This document shows, piece by piece, positions 1-12,067 of a DNA stretch of 64,000 nt. The stretch's first letter is position 1. Every line of letters starts with the position of its first letter. Position numbers and translations under genes: made by a program. The notes below the pieces were generated by a model that saw only the letters and a list, made by a program, of their open reading frames with translations, had not been told where the DNA came from and made no database searches. The DNA is from Rhizaria sp. SCN 62-66 (taxonomy: Eukaryota), in the NCBI GenBank assembly GCA_001724265.1, contig MEDY01000072.1:1-64000 (forward strand). The letters run 5' to 3'.

Positions 1-1203
1 TCAGCGGCGGCGCGCGTCGCGGCGCGCGCGGCGGCGGCGTCCTGCGCGGCCGTCGCGGCGGCGGCCGCCACTGAGAGCAGACGCTGCTTAGCCTCGGCCA
101 GGTCCAGCCGCGCTTGGCGCGCGACTGTCGCCGCCGTCGCCGCGGCCGAGGCCAGCGCGCTGCGGTGGGCGAGCGCGGCCGCGTCGGGCGCGGGCGCAGA
201 CGACGCGCTGTCATCGCCGTCATCATCACGCTGGTTATCGTGTTCCCGGCTGTTGTCGTCGATGTTCTCGGCCTCGGTGTCGTAGGCCTCCTCAGCGTAG
301 TCGTCGTCGGCGGCGTCGACAGACGCGTTGATGTCGATGTCAGCGTCGGCAATCAGCGCCGCCGCCTCGGCCTCAAAGTTAGGCCGCGGCAGCGGGTACT
401 GCTCGCGGTGCTGCAGCGACGCCAGCGCGCCCGCGTCCTTGGCAGACTGTGCCAGCACGCGCGCGCGCGCCTTGAAGTCCGCCGCGGCGGCCTCGTGCGC
501 CGCGCGCGCCTCGCGGGCGGCGGCAGCAGCAGCGGCGGCGACGGCGGCGGCCTCAGCGGCGGCCTTGACGCGCGCGCGCGCGTCGGCGGCCTCCTCGGGA
601 GACAGCCCGCGCTCAGCATCGTCGCCGAAGAAAGCGCCCGGCGCGCCGGACGTCGCGGCGCTGCCTCGGCGCGCGGTGGGGCTGGCGGCGGCGGCGGCGG
701 CGGCGGCGGCGCGGGCGTCGGCGGCCTCGCGCGCGGCGGTCGCGGCGGCGGCGGCGCACACCTTGAGCCACTCCTTGGCCTCGGCAGTGGCCGTGCGCGC
801 CTGCAGGAAGGTCTGCGCCGAGGTCGCGGCCGCGGCGGCCATGGCCGAGAGTGCCAGACGCGCGGGCATCGAGGGGCCGAGGGGCGCGGAGGTGAACTGG
901 CCCTCGCCCAGGTCGACCGATTCGGTCATCATGATGGCGGGGGAGGACTCGTCGTCCTCGTCCTCGTCCTCGTCCTCGGCGTCGTTGGCGTCACCATAGC
1001 CATGCTGAGGCCGCTGCTGGACAGGCTCGGGATTCTCAAGCTCGTGCTCATGCTCGTGCTCGTCGTCGTATCCATCGGCAGCGGCGCCGGCGGCCGCAGG
1101 GGAGGCGCCGGCCTTGTAGGGGTTGTAGTCTTCCGCATAGGGGTCGTAGGAATCGTTGTACGCGTCAGCCTGGCCGTGAGCCTGGTCGTGAGCCTCCGCG
1201 CCG

Positions 1204-1241
<38 letters not shown>

Positions 1242-2813
1242 AGGCTGCTGCTGCTGTGCCTGGGGCTGGCGGGCACTACCCTGCTCGGAGCCGAAGTCGA
1301 AGCCATACTCGTCCTCGCCGTTGTTGCTGTCATTGTGGTTGTAGGCGTGGACGGCGTTGCTGTCTTCGTTGTCGTGGTTGAAGTCGAACTCGGCGCCCTC
1401 GCCGTCGGTGGCACTGTGCTCGGTGTGATCGCCCTCGTCCTGATGAGCGTGCGCCTGAGAGGTAGTGGCGGTGGCAGCGGCAGTAGCAGTGGAGTCGGTG
1501 TGGCCGTTGGTGGTGTTGGCGGTGGCGTTGGGGAGAGTCTGCTCGACATAGACCGTCTCTTCGATCTCAACCATCTCCAGCAAACCGCTTTCGTTCGCCG
1601 CAGCAGCGCCAGCAGCAGCGGGAGCGGGGGCGGCAACGGCATATCCGTCGTCGTGCTCATAGTGCTCCTCGTAGTGCGTCTGCGGGGCGGCCCCGTGGCC
1701 GTGTGAAGCAGAGGCAGCGACATCGCCAGCGCCAGCGCCAGCGCCGGCGGCTGTGTTGTTCACGGTCGACTGGTCGAAGTTGTACTCGGACACGTCCAGG
1801 TTGCTCTGCGCACCGGCATCGGCATCAGCATCAGTGTGCGCGTGCGCCGGTTCGTGCTGCTCCTGCTGCTGCTCCTGCTGCTGCTGGTTATGCTGTTGCT
1901 GAAGCTGGTCGTGCTGTGCGGTGAAGGAGTCGTTGTAGTTGAAGTCGAACTCGCCGTCGCCGTTGTCGTAGACAGCATCCAGCGAATCGCCTGCATCCTG
2001 CTGCTGCTGCTGCTGCTGCTGCTGGAGCGCAACAGCGGGGGCGGCAGCGGGCGCGGCAGCGGCGACGGTAGCGGCGGCTGGCGCGGCGGGGGAGCGAGCT
2101 GAGTCGGGCTCGAAGCTGAAGTCGCCGACGCTGAGTCCATCCTCGGTGACGTCCTGCTGCTGCTGCTTCTGCTGCTGTTGCTGCTGCTGCTGCATCTGGA
2201 CAGCGACGGGGACAGCGCTAGCGCCAGCATTGGCGTTGTTGTTGTGGGTCTGGCGCGCCGAGTCGGGGAGGATGTCGTTGATGTCCTCGTCGAAGGCGTC
2301 GTCGTCGTAGCCGCCCGCAGAGAACGACTCCTGCTCCGCGCTCGCATTCACAGGCGCAGGCTGAGCAGGCGCGGCGTGGGCAGCGGGGGCGGCGGTAGAG
2401 GGCGCCGCATTGGCGGCGGCGGCGGCGGCGTCGAAGGCGGCGAGGGGGTCGGCGTAGAGCTTCTCCAGGTCGGCCTCGGCGTTGGAGCCGTCAAAGTCGA
2501 ACTCGTCGCCGTCGTCCTCGCGTGCGGCGCTGTCGTATGAGTCATGCTGCTGCTGCGCGTGCGCGGCAGCGGCGGGGGCGGCAGCGGGAACAGCCGCGGG
2601 CGCGGACGCGGGGGCGCTGGAAACGGGCGCAGTAGCAGGGGCAGCGGTGCCATGGGCGGCAGTGGCAGCGGGGGCGTTGTTGTTGGCACGGGAGTCGTCA
2701 AGGGCGCCTTCAGAGAAGTCGAACTCGTCGAGGTCGTGCAGATTGGCCTGCGCTGCTGCGGGGGCGGCGGAGGCGGGCGCCATGACGTCGCCGGATCCGG
2801 GGCGGGCGGGCAT
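1..2813 (-). CDS. Hypothetical low-complexity acidic/polyQ/Ala-rich protein; 3' end runs off the window edge
   Basis: Absent from the ORF track because there is no stop inside the window. ATG at 2813 (second in-frame ATG at 2783) opens a frame read to position 1 with GC3-rich codons: MPARPGSGDVMAPASAAPAAAQANLHDLDEFDFSEG..., polyQ runs, repeated [DE]FDF motifs, then Ala/Glu/Arg coiled-coil-like segments. A possible upstream (5'UTR) intron is not resolved. Confidence 0.8.
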
Positions 2814-3991
2814 GGGCTGCTTTAAGAAGCGAATAGTGGGATATGGTGCGCGAGGAGTGGGATATTAGATAATGTGAAATAATGATTATATATGAAAAAC
2901 AATATTACATATGATATCACAAGAAACTCGTAGCAGACACGGCCCGCTTAGTCACTATTCAAATTTGCAAAGCTCCACACAACGATGTCCAAGCCTATTA
3001 CCTGTCAGCCAACCACAGCCGCCCCAGTGATCGCGCGCCACAGCACTGCCTCAGAGGAAATTTCGACAGAACAAAGGCGAATAAGCCGTAAATTAAACTA
3101 TATATGGATACTATGTGTTTGAACTTACATACATTATACATTTAAGTAGTGTGTAATGTTGTCGCTGGATATCTGCGGAAAGGTCGCCTTTCAGCCTCCT
3201 TTGCACGATCGTGAACACATTAAAGAGAGCTTGGTTTGAGTGAATATACAAATTTTGAAGGTCCAGCAGATCACCATATTACATGTCACGTGAGTTTAGA
3301 CATTGTAACTCATACTATCTTCCATGCACACCTTCACATTAATAATGTGGCACTTAAAGACCGTCGACGTCTCGTGATGCGATAACAAGCACACTTCCAT
3401 TGGTTGTCGGAACATCAGATAAGACAAAAGAACAACGCACGTTTAAGAAATGAAAGCCATGTACACAGTTATTGTCAAAAATACATTAAATTGTTCGACC
3501 TGTTGATTTATCCTGCAGAGTGACAGGCCGTAATCACCCCTGTCGATCGTACAATTAGCACAATTAAACGCATATACCGAGAAGTTTTCGTCCATCATTA
3601 AGCATGAGTCACACGTATGATATTTAATCACGTGGAACCATGCATGTATTTATGATTTGTACTCATATGCAGACGTTGGCTAATCATAACGTCATAGATT
3701 GCGATTTTTTCAAGTTGTACGGCTGTCGTATTCATGTAGCCTGAGCACAACCAAGACGTTCTCAAATTGATATTAATACGTAGTATGTTATTATACCGTA
3801 AGTAGAAAATACGAATAATGAGGTTATATGCTTGCAGACACTTGAGTCACAAAGTTATCTAGGCGTTTCGACAAAATTTATGTTAAGTCTCGCGGTTGTG
3901 GTTCGCGAAAATTGCGTAAATGATTTAGCCTTCCTTCCGTCCGTTTCTGGCTGTGACGATGAGTTTGGGGGAATATCTCGCTGTGTGAACA

Positions 3992-6900
3992 ATGGCCGAG
4001 GAACCTATTCTTGTTGCCGTGCGTGCTCGCCCGCTGCTCTCTCGGTACGTAAACTATACTCTGAACTTGCGGATTTTTCCGTCCTTTCTTTCCGCTTTTG
4101 TACTCCGCCAAGCGACTTCGTGTGCCTTGAACGGGCACTTCACATTTCGCGCTGCAGAGCGCCCTCTATGCACTCTATGCATTTACCTCACACGTTGATT
4201 GATATATGCCTTCTTCTTGCTGTGTTCCTTTAGGGAGCTTGAGCTCAAGCAGTCATGCATCCTCGAAATGGGTGAGCGCCGCACCTCTCTCACAGACCCT
4301 GCAACGGGTACTGTCAGGGACTTTGCCTTTGACAGTCAATTTTGGTACGTCTTAAGCTCGTATAGCAAGTAAGAACTGCAGCATCGAATGTATACCCACT
4401 TTCCTTGCATGAAAGAGGGTACGTATGCCGAACAATAAGATATACCCTCTCATAAGCCCTTTCCTCCGACTCCTGCACTCGTCTCCCTGCTCTGCTTTGC
4501 CCCTCCTTGCTCCGCCCAGGTCCGTCGACAAGTCGCGCGGTGTAATTGCCGACAACGCGGCGATTTACAACGACTTCGGCTCCAAGCTTGTGGCCAGCGT
4601 TGTTAAGGGAGTGGACGCGTTCCTGGTGACCTACGGCTCTACGGGCTCCGGCAAGTCGCACACGCTCTTCGGCTCGCGCTCCGCGCCGGGCGTGCTGCGT
4701 CTTGCGCTCCAGGGCCTCTTCCAGCAACTCCCCGCGTCACCCGCGCCCGTGGTCGCACTGTCTCTCTTCTCCATCTACGACGAGAAGGTCACGGACATGC
4801 TGTCCACGCGGCCCTCGTCGACGGCGGCGCTCAAGATCGTCGAGCACCCCGCCGCGGGCGTCTTCGTGCCCAACCTCACCGCCGCCGTGGCCGCCACGGC
4901 CGACGAGGCCTGCGACGTCGTCGAGTCTGCGCTGCTCTCTCGCGCGCTCGCCGCCACGCGCCTCAACTCGCCCTCGTCGCACTGCCACGTCGTGGTCCAG
5001 GCCACCGTGCTCTCGGGCTCCGGCGCCGCGCCCGCGCCGACGATGACCTTCATCGACATGGCGGGCAACGAGCCCCTCATTAAGCTCGCCGCCTCGTCCT
5101 CCTCCGCCGCCTCTGCGGCCGCCGGGGGCAGCTCGGGCGCCGCTGCAGCGGGCCCCGCGCCCGTGGCCGCCGTGTCGTCGTTGACTGCGGCGTCGATCAA
5201 CCGCTCAGTGGCGACTTTCACAGAGATCGTCGACACGCTGGCCAAGAACGGGTCCGCCACGAGCGCGATCCCGTATCCGCGTTCGGCGCTCACGTGGCTG
5301 CTTAAGCGCGCGCTGGGCGGCGCCGCGCGCACGCTGCTGCTCGCCACTGTCTCCCCTACCGCTGACGCGTACCAGGTGACGCTGGCGACGCTGCGCCTGG
5401 CGGACCGCGCGCGCCGCGTTCGCTGCCGCCCACAGCCCGGGTCCGCGGCCGCGCGCGCCGCCGCCGCCGCCGAGGTCAAAGCTGAGGTGGACCGCCTGGA
5501 GTCCGTCCGCGCCGCCCGCGGTCTGGCCCCCGGCGCGGTGTCCTTCTCGTCGCTCTCAGGCAAGCGCAAGGACGAGTACACGGCGTTCCAGGCCGACATC
5601 GAGCTCTGGTCCGCGGTGTACGCGGCGGCCAGCGCGACGGCCGAGTCTGTGGCCGCGGCGTGGCCCCCGATCGCGGAGCAGCGCAGACGCGCCATCACTG
5701 CGCTGGGGCTGATTCCGCCCGCCGAGGGCAAGACGGACGACGCGGCGCACCTCGTCGTGCTCAACGACGACCCGCTGCTGTCGCGCCGCCTGCGCTACGC
5801 TGTCAACAAGCCCGTGCTGCGCGTGTGCACGCCCGCGGCGCTGCCACCGCCCACGTCGTCGGACATCGTCGTGACTGGCCTGCAGCTGCTGACAGAGCAC
5901 GCCCAGGTGACGCTGCGCGACGGCGCTGCGTCACTCGTGCCCGCACCCAACGCGCGCGTGTTCCTCAACGGCACCGCGCTGTCGTCCCCCGGCGCGCTCG
6001 AGCACGGCGCGCGCATCGTCATGGGGTCGAACCTGGCGCTGGCGTTTGAGGCGGCCGGCCACGCGCTCGAGGACTCGCACCCTACGCTGTCGTACCAGTC
6101 CGTGCAGCAGGAGCTGTCTAAGACGGCCGTCGACTCGATGATCGGGCTCGACGAAGTGGTGCTGCGCGAGACGGCGCAGAAGGACAGCGCCGTGCGCGCG
6201 GAGCAAAAGGCGGCCATGGCGGCCGAGATCGCCGAGTGCCTGCGTGGCTTCCAGCTCGCGCAGGAGCAGTGGACGGCCAAGATGTCGTCGGTGGCGGAGC
6301 GCATCGCGGCGGCGCACGCCGACGGCGAGCAGCGGCTGGCGCGCGCGACCGAGACGACGCTGCCCACAGTGCGCCACCAGGTCGGCGAGTCCACACGGGT
6401 GGTGACCGAGGAGCGCGCGCAGCTAATCGCCGACTGGGACAAGACCAAGAGCGACTACGAGGCGCGCGAAGCCAAGCTCAAGAAGAAGCTCGCCAAGCTC
6501 GAGTCGATGGGCGACGCGCTATCGGACGCCAAGAAGGCCGAGGCGGAGCAGAAGCGCAAGCTCAAGGAGCAGTCGCTGATGCGCGTGCTGCCCATGATCA
6601 ACGAGGCCAACGCGCTCTGCGTCGAGCTGGGCCAGCTGCAGGTGCGCTCGGCGGTCAAGCTGGGGCAGACTGAGGCCGAGGCCGAGGCCGCCGCGCTGGC
6701 TGAGCAGGCGCTCGCTAACGGCTCCGACACAGCCGCCACGGCCGCCGCGTCGGCGTCAGCGGCGGGCATTGCGTCGGGCAACGACACGGGCGTGGCCGTC
6801 AAGGTGACCAACTCGGACATGGACGTCGAGGTCGTGTACAGCGAGGACGCCTTCGCGGACCTGCTGTTCCGCTGGCGCGAGGTTTACAACGCGTATCTGG

Positions 6901-8747
6901 AGGAAGGCACGGTGTCGATCCCGGCGCGCGAGGACGAGAACCCGTTTTACATCACGCCACAGGGCCCGCAGCTCATCGGCTCGTGCCGCGTGTATCTGCA
7001 GGGGCTTTTCTACCTGCTGCCCATCACGGAGAAGACGCCCGTTATCGACTACAAGGGCGACGCGCAGGGCAAGCTCGAGATCCAGGTGCTGCCGCTGCCG
7101 CGCTCGTTCGGCAAGGACAACGAGGAGATTTACTTCCCCGAAGAGGACATCACCGAGCTCGAGAACGAGTCGCTGACGTTCTTGATCCGCATCCGGCGCG
7201 CGTCGGGCATCCCCAAGCGGCTGTGCAAGAACGTCTTCGTGCGCTACCGCTGCTTCTTCGACGGCTCGGTCCAGGAGTCGGAGCCGGCGCTGCTGTCGTC
7301 AGTCAACCCCAAGCTCGACTACCGCCGCACGGTGCGCATGGAGGTGCTCTCCAAGGACTGGATCAAGACGCTACACGACGCCATGGTCGAGATCCAGGTT
7401 TTCGGTGAGTTCCCTAACAACGCCGACTTGGTGCGCTCGGACCCTCTGTGGCAGCGCCTCGTCACCGTGCTTGGCGACGCAGAGACCAAGACCAAGAAGA
7501 CTGTGGCACGCCTGCAGAAGGAGCTCACCGCGGCCGACAAGGAGCTCCGCGGCGTCGGCAAGTCCTCCAAGAGCGGCACCAACGCCAACGCTGACGGCAC
7601 CGCGCCCGAGGGCGGCGACGAAGGCAAGGACGACGAGACCGCGGGCGCAGCGGCTGACGGCGACGACGATGACGCGGCCGCGGGCGCGAGCGCGCGCTTC
7701 AAGCCGTCGATGGACCCCGAGACGATCCTGAACAAGGTGCAGGACGCCTACGAGCGCCAGTGCGTGCTTGAGAGCGAAAAGGCGCAGCTCGAGCGGCGCA
7801 TCATGATCGCCACCAAGGAGGCGCAGGACGCCATGGCCGCCGCAGCCGAGGCCAAGCAGCGCTACCGCCGCGGCGGGTCGAGCTCCAGCTCCAGCAAGAG
7901 CGAGCGCAAGGACAAGAAGGACAAGCGCGAGAAGTCTTCGCTGTCGACGCTGTCCGAGGACGCCGAGGACTCTGTGGTGCGCGCCAACTCTGGCGGCATG
8001 AGCGACGACATCAAGGCGATGCTGGCCGACACGCACAGCAACGCCGAGGTTGCGCGTGCGCTGGCGCAGGTGGCCGCGGCCAACGCGGAGCGCGAGACGC
8101 TGCGCGCGCGGCTGACGGAGAACGCGCAGCGGCAGGAGGACGAGCAGTCCGAGCTGGCGCAGCTGCGCGCCGAGCTGGCTGCGCAGCGCGCGCAGCTGGA
8201 GGAGGTCGAGGCGCAGCGCAAGGCGGACCGCCAGGCGATGGTGACGGCGGCGTTCAACGGCGAAGACGGCGACAAGACGCTCGCAATGGAACTGCGGAAG
8301 CAGGAAGCCGAGGCGAGCGAGGTGAGGCGCAAGCTGGCTGACGCCGAGGCCGAGCTGGCCAAGAGCAAGGCCGTGTTCGAGGTGCTGCGGAAGAGCAAGG
8401 AGGACGCGCTGGCGGAGGAGCGCGAGGAGCGCGAACAGAAGGAGCGTGAGCACGAGGACGAGGTCCGCCGCCTCCGCGAGATGCTCAAGAAGGAGCGCGA
8501 GCTCCGCGTTGCCGCCGCTGCCTCCGCATCTGCGGGCGCTAGCGGGGCTGCGCCTGCTCAGGGCGCTGCCTCGCCCGCCCAGTCCCAGGCTGGCGGCCGT
8601 CCTCAGCAGCAGCAGCAGCAGCAGCCGCCGCAGCAGCAGCCGCCGCCGCAGCGCGCGAACAGCGCTGCTGCACCTGCGCCTGCGGGCTCGTCCAACTCTG
8701 TCGAGGAGGAAGGCAATCCCAAGAGCACTGGTTGCGTCGTCATGTGA
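3992..8747 (+). CDS. Kinesin-3-like motor protein (motor, FHA, coiled coil, C2-like domain, C-terminal CaaX)
   Basis: Exons 3992-4044, 4234-4344 and 4520-8747 join through GTACGT...AG introns to give MAEEPILVAVRARPLLSRE...FAFDSQFWSVD. Motifs: P-loop YGSTGSGKSHT, DMAGNE, IPYPRSALTWLLKRALGG, TLATLRLADRARRV, kinesin-3-type HLVVLNDDPLLS followed by an FHA-like stretch (EHA...VFLNG...LEHGARIVMG), and a C2-like region (LIRIRRASGIP...VFVRY). Ends CVVM*. Confidence 0.9.
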
Positions 8748-9457
8748 ACATAATGCAACTCAAAACAAACGATGTGTTACTGGCCCGATAGTCACTTCAG
8801 TCATATCTCGCTTGCCCGGGAGGGCGAACGGCTTTCCGCTGTCTAGGATTGCTGAGTCTGCTCATTGTACGAACCATTAACGTCTTTGTTGTTCGCTTTT
8901 TGGACGGACATTTCTTTTTTTAGTTAGACTTTTCATTTCTGCAGGGCCGATATCTTACTCGATCGAGAGCCGTTGCAACTTGCTTAACTCGTGTACATCT
9001 CTAGATAATAAACCATATCCGACTTTTATTCGACTTGAAAGAATATATCATTTTCTAAATTGTACTGACAGATTGAAACTATTTAAAATCACAACCGTTG
9101 GCATTGCTATATCGCGTCAAATGTGTATTTTTGGGATCCGGTCGGTCAGTCGAAAAGTGACTGTGGTCACCCTGTGAGGCTTAACTTTGAAGTTAAGTCC
9201 GGGTGGTCTCTGAGTGTGGGAGACCATTCTAACCCACCAAATTTTGGGACTTTATGACCGAATACGATCCCGCTCTGTACTTGTCAGCTGAAATGCAGAT
9301 AGTATGCATATTATTATATCCGAACTTTGTTATGACATCTCCATAGTGTCGTTTTGTCTCGCATACCAGACCCAATTCGACGCTCACCCGACCTCCTTTT
9401 TCCCTCTGCTCTATCGCCTCCCTTTCCTGTGCTCATTCTGCCCTCCCACAGCAAACA

Positions 9458-10493
9458 ATGCGTGTGATGGGTTTGCTTGCCCTTCTCGGGCTCGCCGGTA
9501 CGTTTGCCATTCGGCTTTCACATCCTTTTGTCCATACTTTCGAGCCTCTGTCGACCTATGTTGGCGCTCGTGCAGGCTCCTTAGTGAGCCGACCCCATTC
9601 GAGCACCACCCCCCTTTGCCGACTTTTCCCCGCTCACTTTGCCCTGACTTCACCTTTATCTCCTCTTACGTCACGCTTTCTCTCCCTCTGTAGGTGTGAT
9701 GGTGAGTGCCGCGGCTCCTCAGCTTCTTGAGGTCGCGGTCGACCGCCAGGAGATGGCTTTCGAGCTCTCCATCAACAAGGCCATGCTTGAGGCCCAGGAC
9801 AACGTCCTCACCCAGGTTACCAAGGGTGACGTCGTCACTGATGCGCAGATTGATTCCGCGATCAAGACTGCCTTCGAGCCCATCTTCACCCAGTGTGAGT
9901 CGATCACCAACGTGAAGAAGCAGCGCGCTTGCCTCCTCCGTGTCGCGTCCAAGTCCAAGACTACCCAGAAGGGCTGCAAGGCCAAGCTGGGCAAGAAGCA
10001 CGGCAAGGGCAAGAAGCACGGCAAGGGCAAGAAGCACGGCAAGAAGGGCGAGAAGAAGGATGGCCCCAAGGACAAGGTTGCCAAGAACGCCGCCCTCGTC
10101 AAGAAGTACGAGTCCAAGTCCAAGAAGCTTCAGGCCAAGGCTCAGGAGTACGCCAAGAAGGCTACTGAGGCCGCTGCCAAGCTGAAGGCTGACGCCGCCA
10201 AGGCCACCGCGAAGATCGCCAAGACTGCTGCCAAGGCTGCCGCTGTCCCCGGCAAGGCTGCTGCCGCGCCCGCTGCTGCTGGTGCTGCTGCTCCTGCCGC
10301 TGCCGCGCCCGTTGCCGCTCCTGCTGCCCCCGCCGCTGCTGCTCCTGCTGCTGCCCCTGCCGCGCCCGCTGCTGCCCCCGCCGCCGCTGCTCCTGCTGCT
10401 GCTCCCGCCGCCGCTGCCGCGCCCGCTGCTGCTGCTGCCCCCGCTGCCGCCGCCGCGCCCGCTGCTGCCGCTGCCCCCGTTCCGGTACTTTAA
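9458..10493 (+). CDS. Secreted Lys-rich/Pro-Ala-rich protein, short isoform
   Basis: Exon 9458-9497, intron 9498-9693 (GTACGT...TAG) and exon 9694-10493 give signal-peptide-like MRVMGLLALLGLAGVMVSA, three Cys, (GKKHGK)x3, a K/A-rich helix and a long (A)nP tail. The stop lies in the TAAGC context typical of this window. Confidence 0.8.
9990..10043 (+). repeat. 18-bp tandem repeat x3 encoding GKKHGK
   Basis: ggcaagaagcacggcaag occurs three times in tandem. Confidence 0.9.
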
Positions 10494-11407
10494 GCACTCC
10501 GTTCGTCCTATCGCTGTGATGTTGATGTTGAAAGCTCCCCGCCCGCGTCCCCCGACGAGTGCAGCCCTCGCTGCCCCGCAGTCACATCCCTCGCGGTCGC
10601 CGCCCGCACTTGCACGCGCGCCCCATTTGGTGCGGTGTTTGAGTGCGCCCCGCCCCCTGCGACTGTGTCGAGAGTGCGCTGTTCACTTCCCTGGACGCGG
10701 GCTAACTGAACGAAGGAGATGGAGGAGGAGAAGATTAAGAGATGATCGTCGCTAGATTCGTTGTTTGTTCGCCTGTGAGCTGTATTGAAGTAATTTTCAT
10801 GTTTTTCGTCATCAAACCAAGAACCCGACACAAAGAAAGACGAGAGGAGCTGTTTTAGGCTCGACCATAACGACACGTTGAAGATATGTGAGTAGCGAAG
10901 TAGATTTCCAAAATTATCAAAAAGGGCGCAAGAGCTCTTGCTCTGCATTGAATGTTTACCACTGCGGCGCTGTTTTGTGCCGAGACCGCGCGGTTAGTCG
11001 CTTTTTGTTCGATTTTAGTCAGTCTTAAGGACGGCTGGGACTGTGCAAGGAGTGCTGACTGCAAATCTCGTCTGAAGACGTGCTGCTGCTGTGAGGATGT
11101 TTCATGCAGAGCCAATAGAGCTCCTTTTTCCTTTTTCATAGTTTCTACACTCAACTTTCGCTCGCATTTCTTCTCGCGTGCCTCTCGTCCCTTGTGTCGG
11201 CCGTTTTGTGCCGATTTCAGCCACGTCTGGACATTCCAGAATCCCGACCCTCTGCTCTCTCCTCCTCGACATCCCCTTCGTTCAAGCTTTCACATCTAAA
11301 TCATTTTGCTCCTATGTTACTATTCTATATTACTCCCTACGCTCTCCTAACCCGTTTCTGTTTCCTTTTTCCGTTTTTCTTTTGCCTTCTTTTCCTCTTT
11401 CCATCAG

Positions 11408-12067
11408 GCCGCTGCCCCCGCCGCTGCCTTCCTCGAGCTCGAGGCCGAATTTTCCGACGTCGACGCCGCGCTCTCCGACGCCTTCGAGCTTTCCCGCGAC
11501 TCGATCGCCGTGTTCCTCGAGGAGTCGCTTGAGCTTGAGCCGCACGTGGCTGCCGAGACCCACCTCGCGTCACTCGAGCTGAACCACGTCGACCTCGCCG
11601 CGCTCGACGCCGACCTCAACCTCGACCTCGAGGACGTCGACACCCTCGTCTCGCGCTCCGAGCAGGCCGCCACCTCAGCCTCGCTCCTCGAGACCGGCAC
11701 CGAGGCTGACGCTGAGGCTGAGGCCGAGGCTGAGACCGAGACCGAGACTGAGACTGAGGCTGAGGCTGAGACTGAGGTCGATGCTGTCGCCGAGGTCGAG
11801 GCCGAGATGGCCGCCGCGGCCGCCGTCGACATCGGCGCCGCCGCCGAGGCCGATGAGGAGATGTCCGTGCTGGACCTCGAGGCCCACGCGCGCGCTGAGA
11901 CGGCCCGCACCTTCTCCGCCATCGAGTCCGCCGAGGAGGTCCGCGCCCGCACCGGCCAGGAGTCGGAGGCCGCGCTCGTCGCCGCCGCCGAGGCCGAGAT
12001 GCAGCGCGACTTCTCCTCCGCCGAGCGCGACGTGCTCGACCTTTCCGACGTCGCCGACATCCTCTAA
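11408..12067 (+). CDS. Highly acidic terminal exon, probably spliced to the 9458 gene (long isoform)
   Basis: A long polypyrimidine tract ends in CATCAG at 11407, followed by a phase-0 open frame AAAPAAAFLELEAEFSDVD...DIL*. There is no ATG near the exon start. It matches a phase-0 donor CCG|GTACTT at 10485. Confidence 0.7.
   Translation, partial: AAAPAAAFLELEAEFSDVDAALSDAFELSRDSIAVFLEESLELEPHVAAETHLASLELNHVDLAALDADLNLDLEDVDTLVSRSEQAATSASLLETGTEADAEAEAEAETETETETEAEAETEVDAVAEVEAEMAAAAAVDIGAAAEADEEMSVLDLEAHARAETARTFSAIESAEEVRARTGQESEAALVAAAEAEMQRDFSSAERDVLDLSDVADIL

Noticed and set aside
114-2868. Plus-strand ORFs such as 114..1706 (530 aa, hydrophobic V/L/G-rich)
   Set aside because: Antisense shadows of the minus-strand acidic/polyQ gene; GAC/CAG-rich sense codons read as Val/Leu on the opposite strand.
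3280-3640. CACGTG (E-box/G-box) hexamers in the divergent spacer between the first gene and the kinesin
   Set aside because: Two copies of a hexamer are not distinguishable from chance without comparative data.
10952-11299. Cys-rich 115-aa ORF inside the putative long intron
   Set aside because: Runs into the polypyrimidine tract, lacks GC3 bias and has no GTACG-type donor linking it to the 11408 exon.
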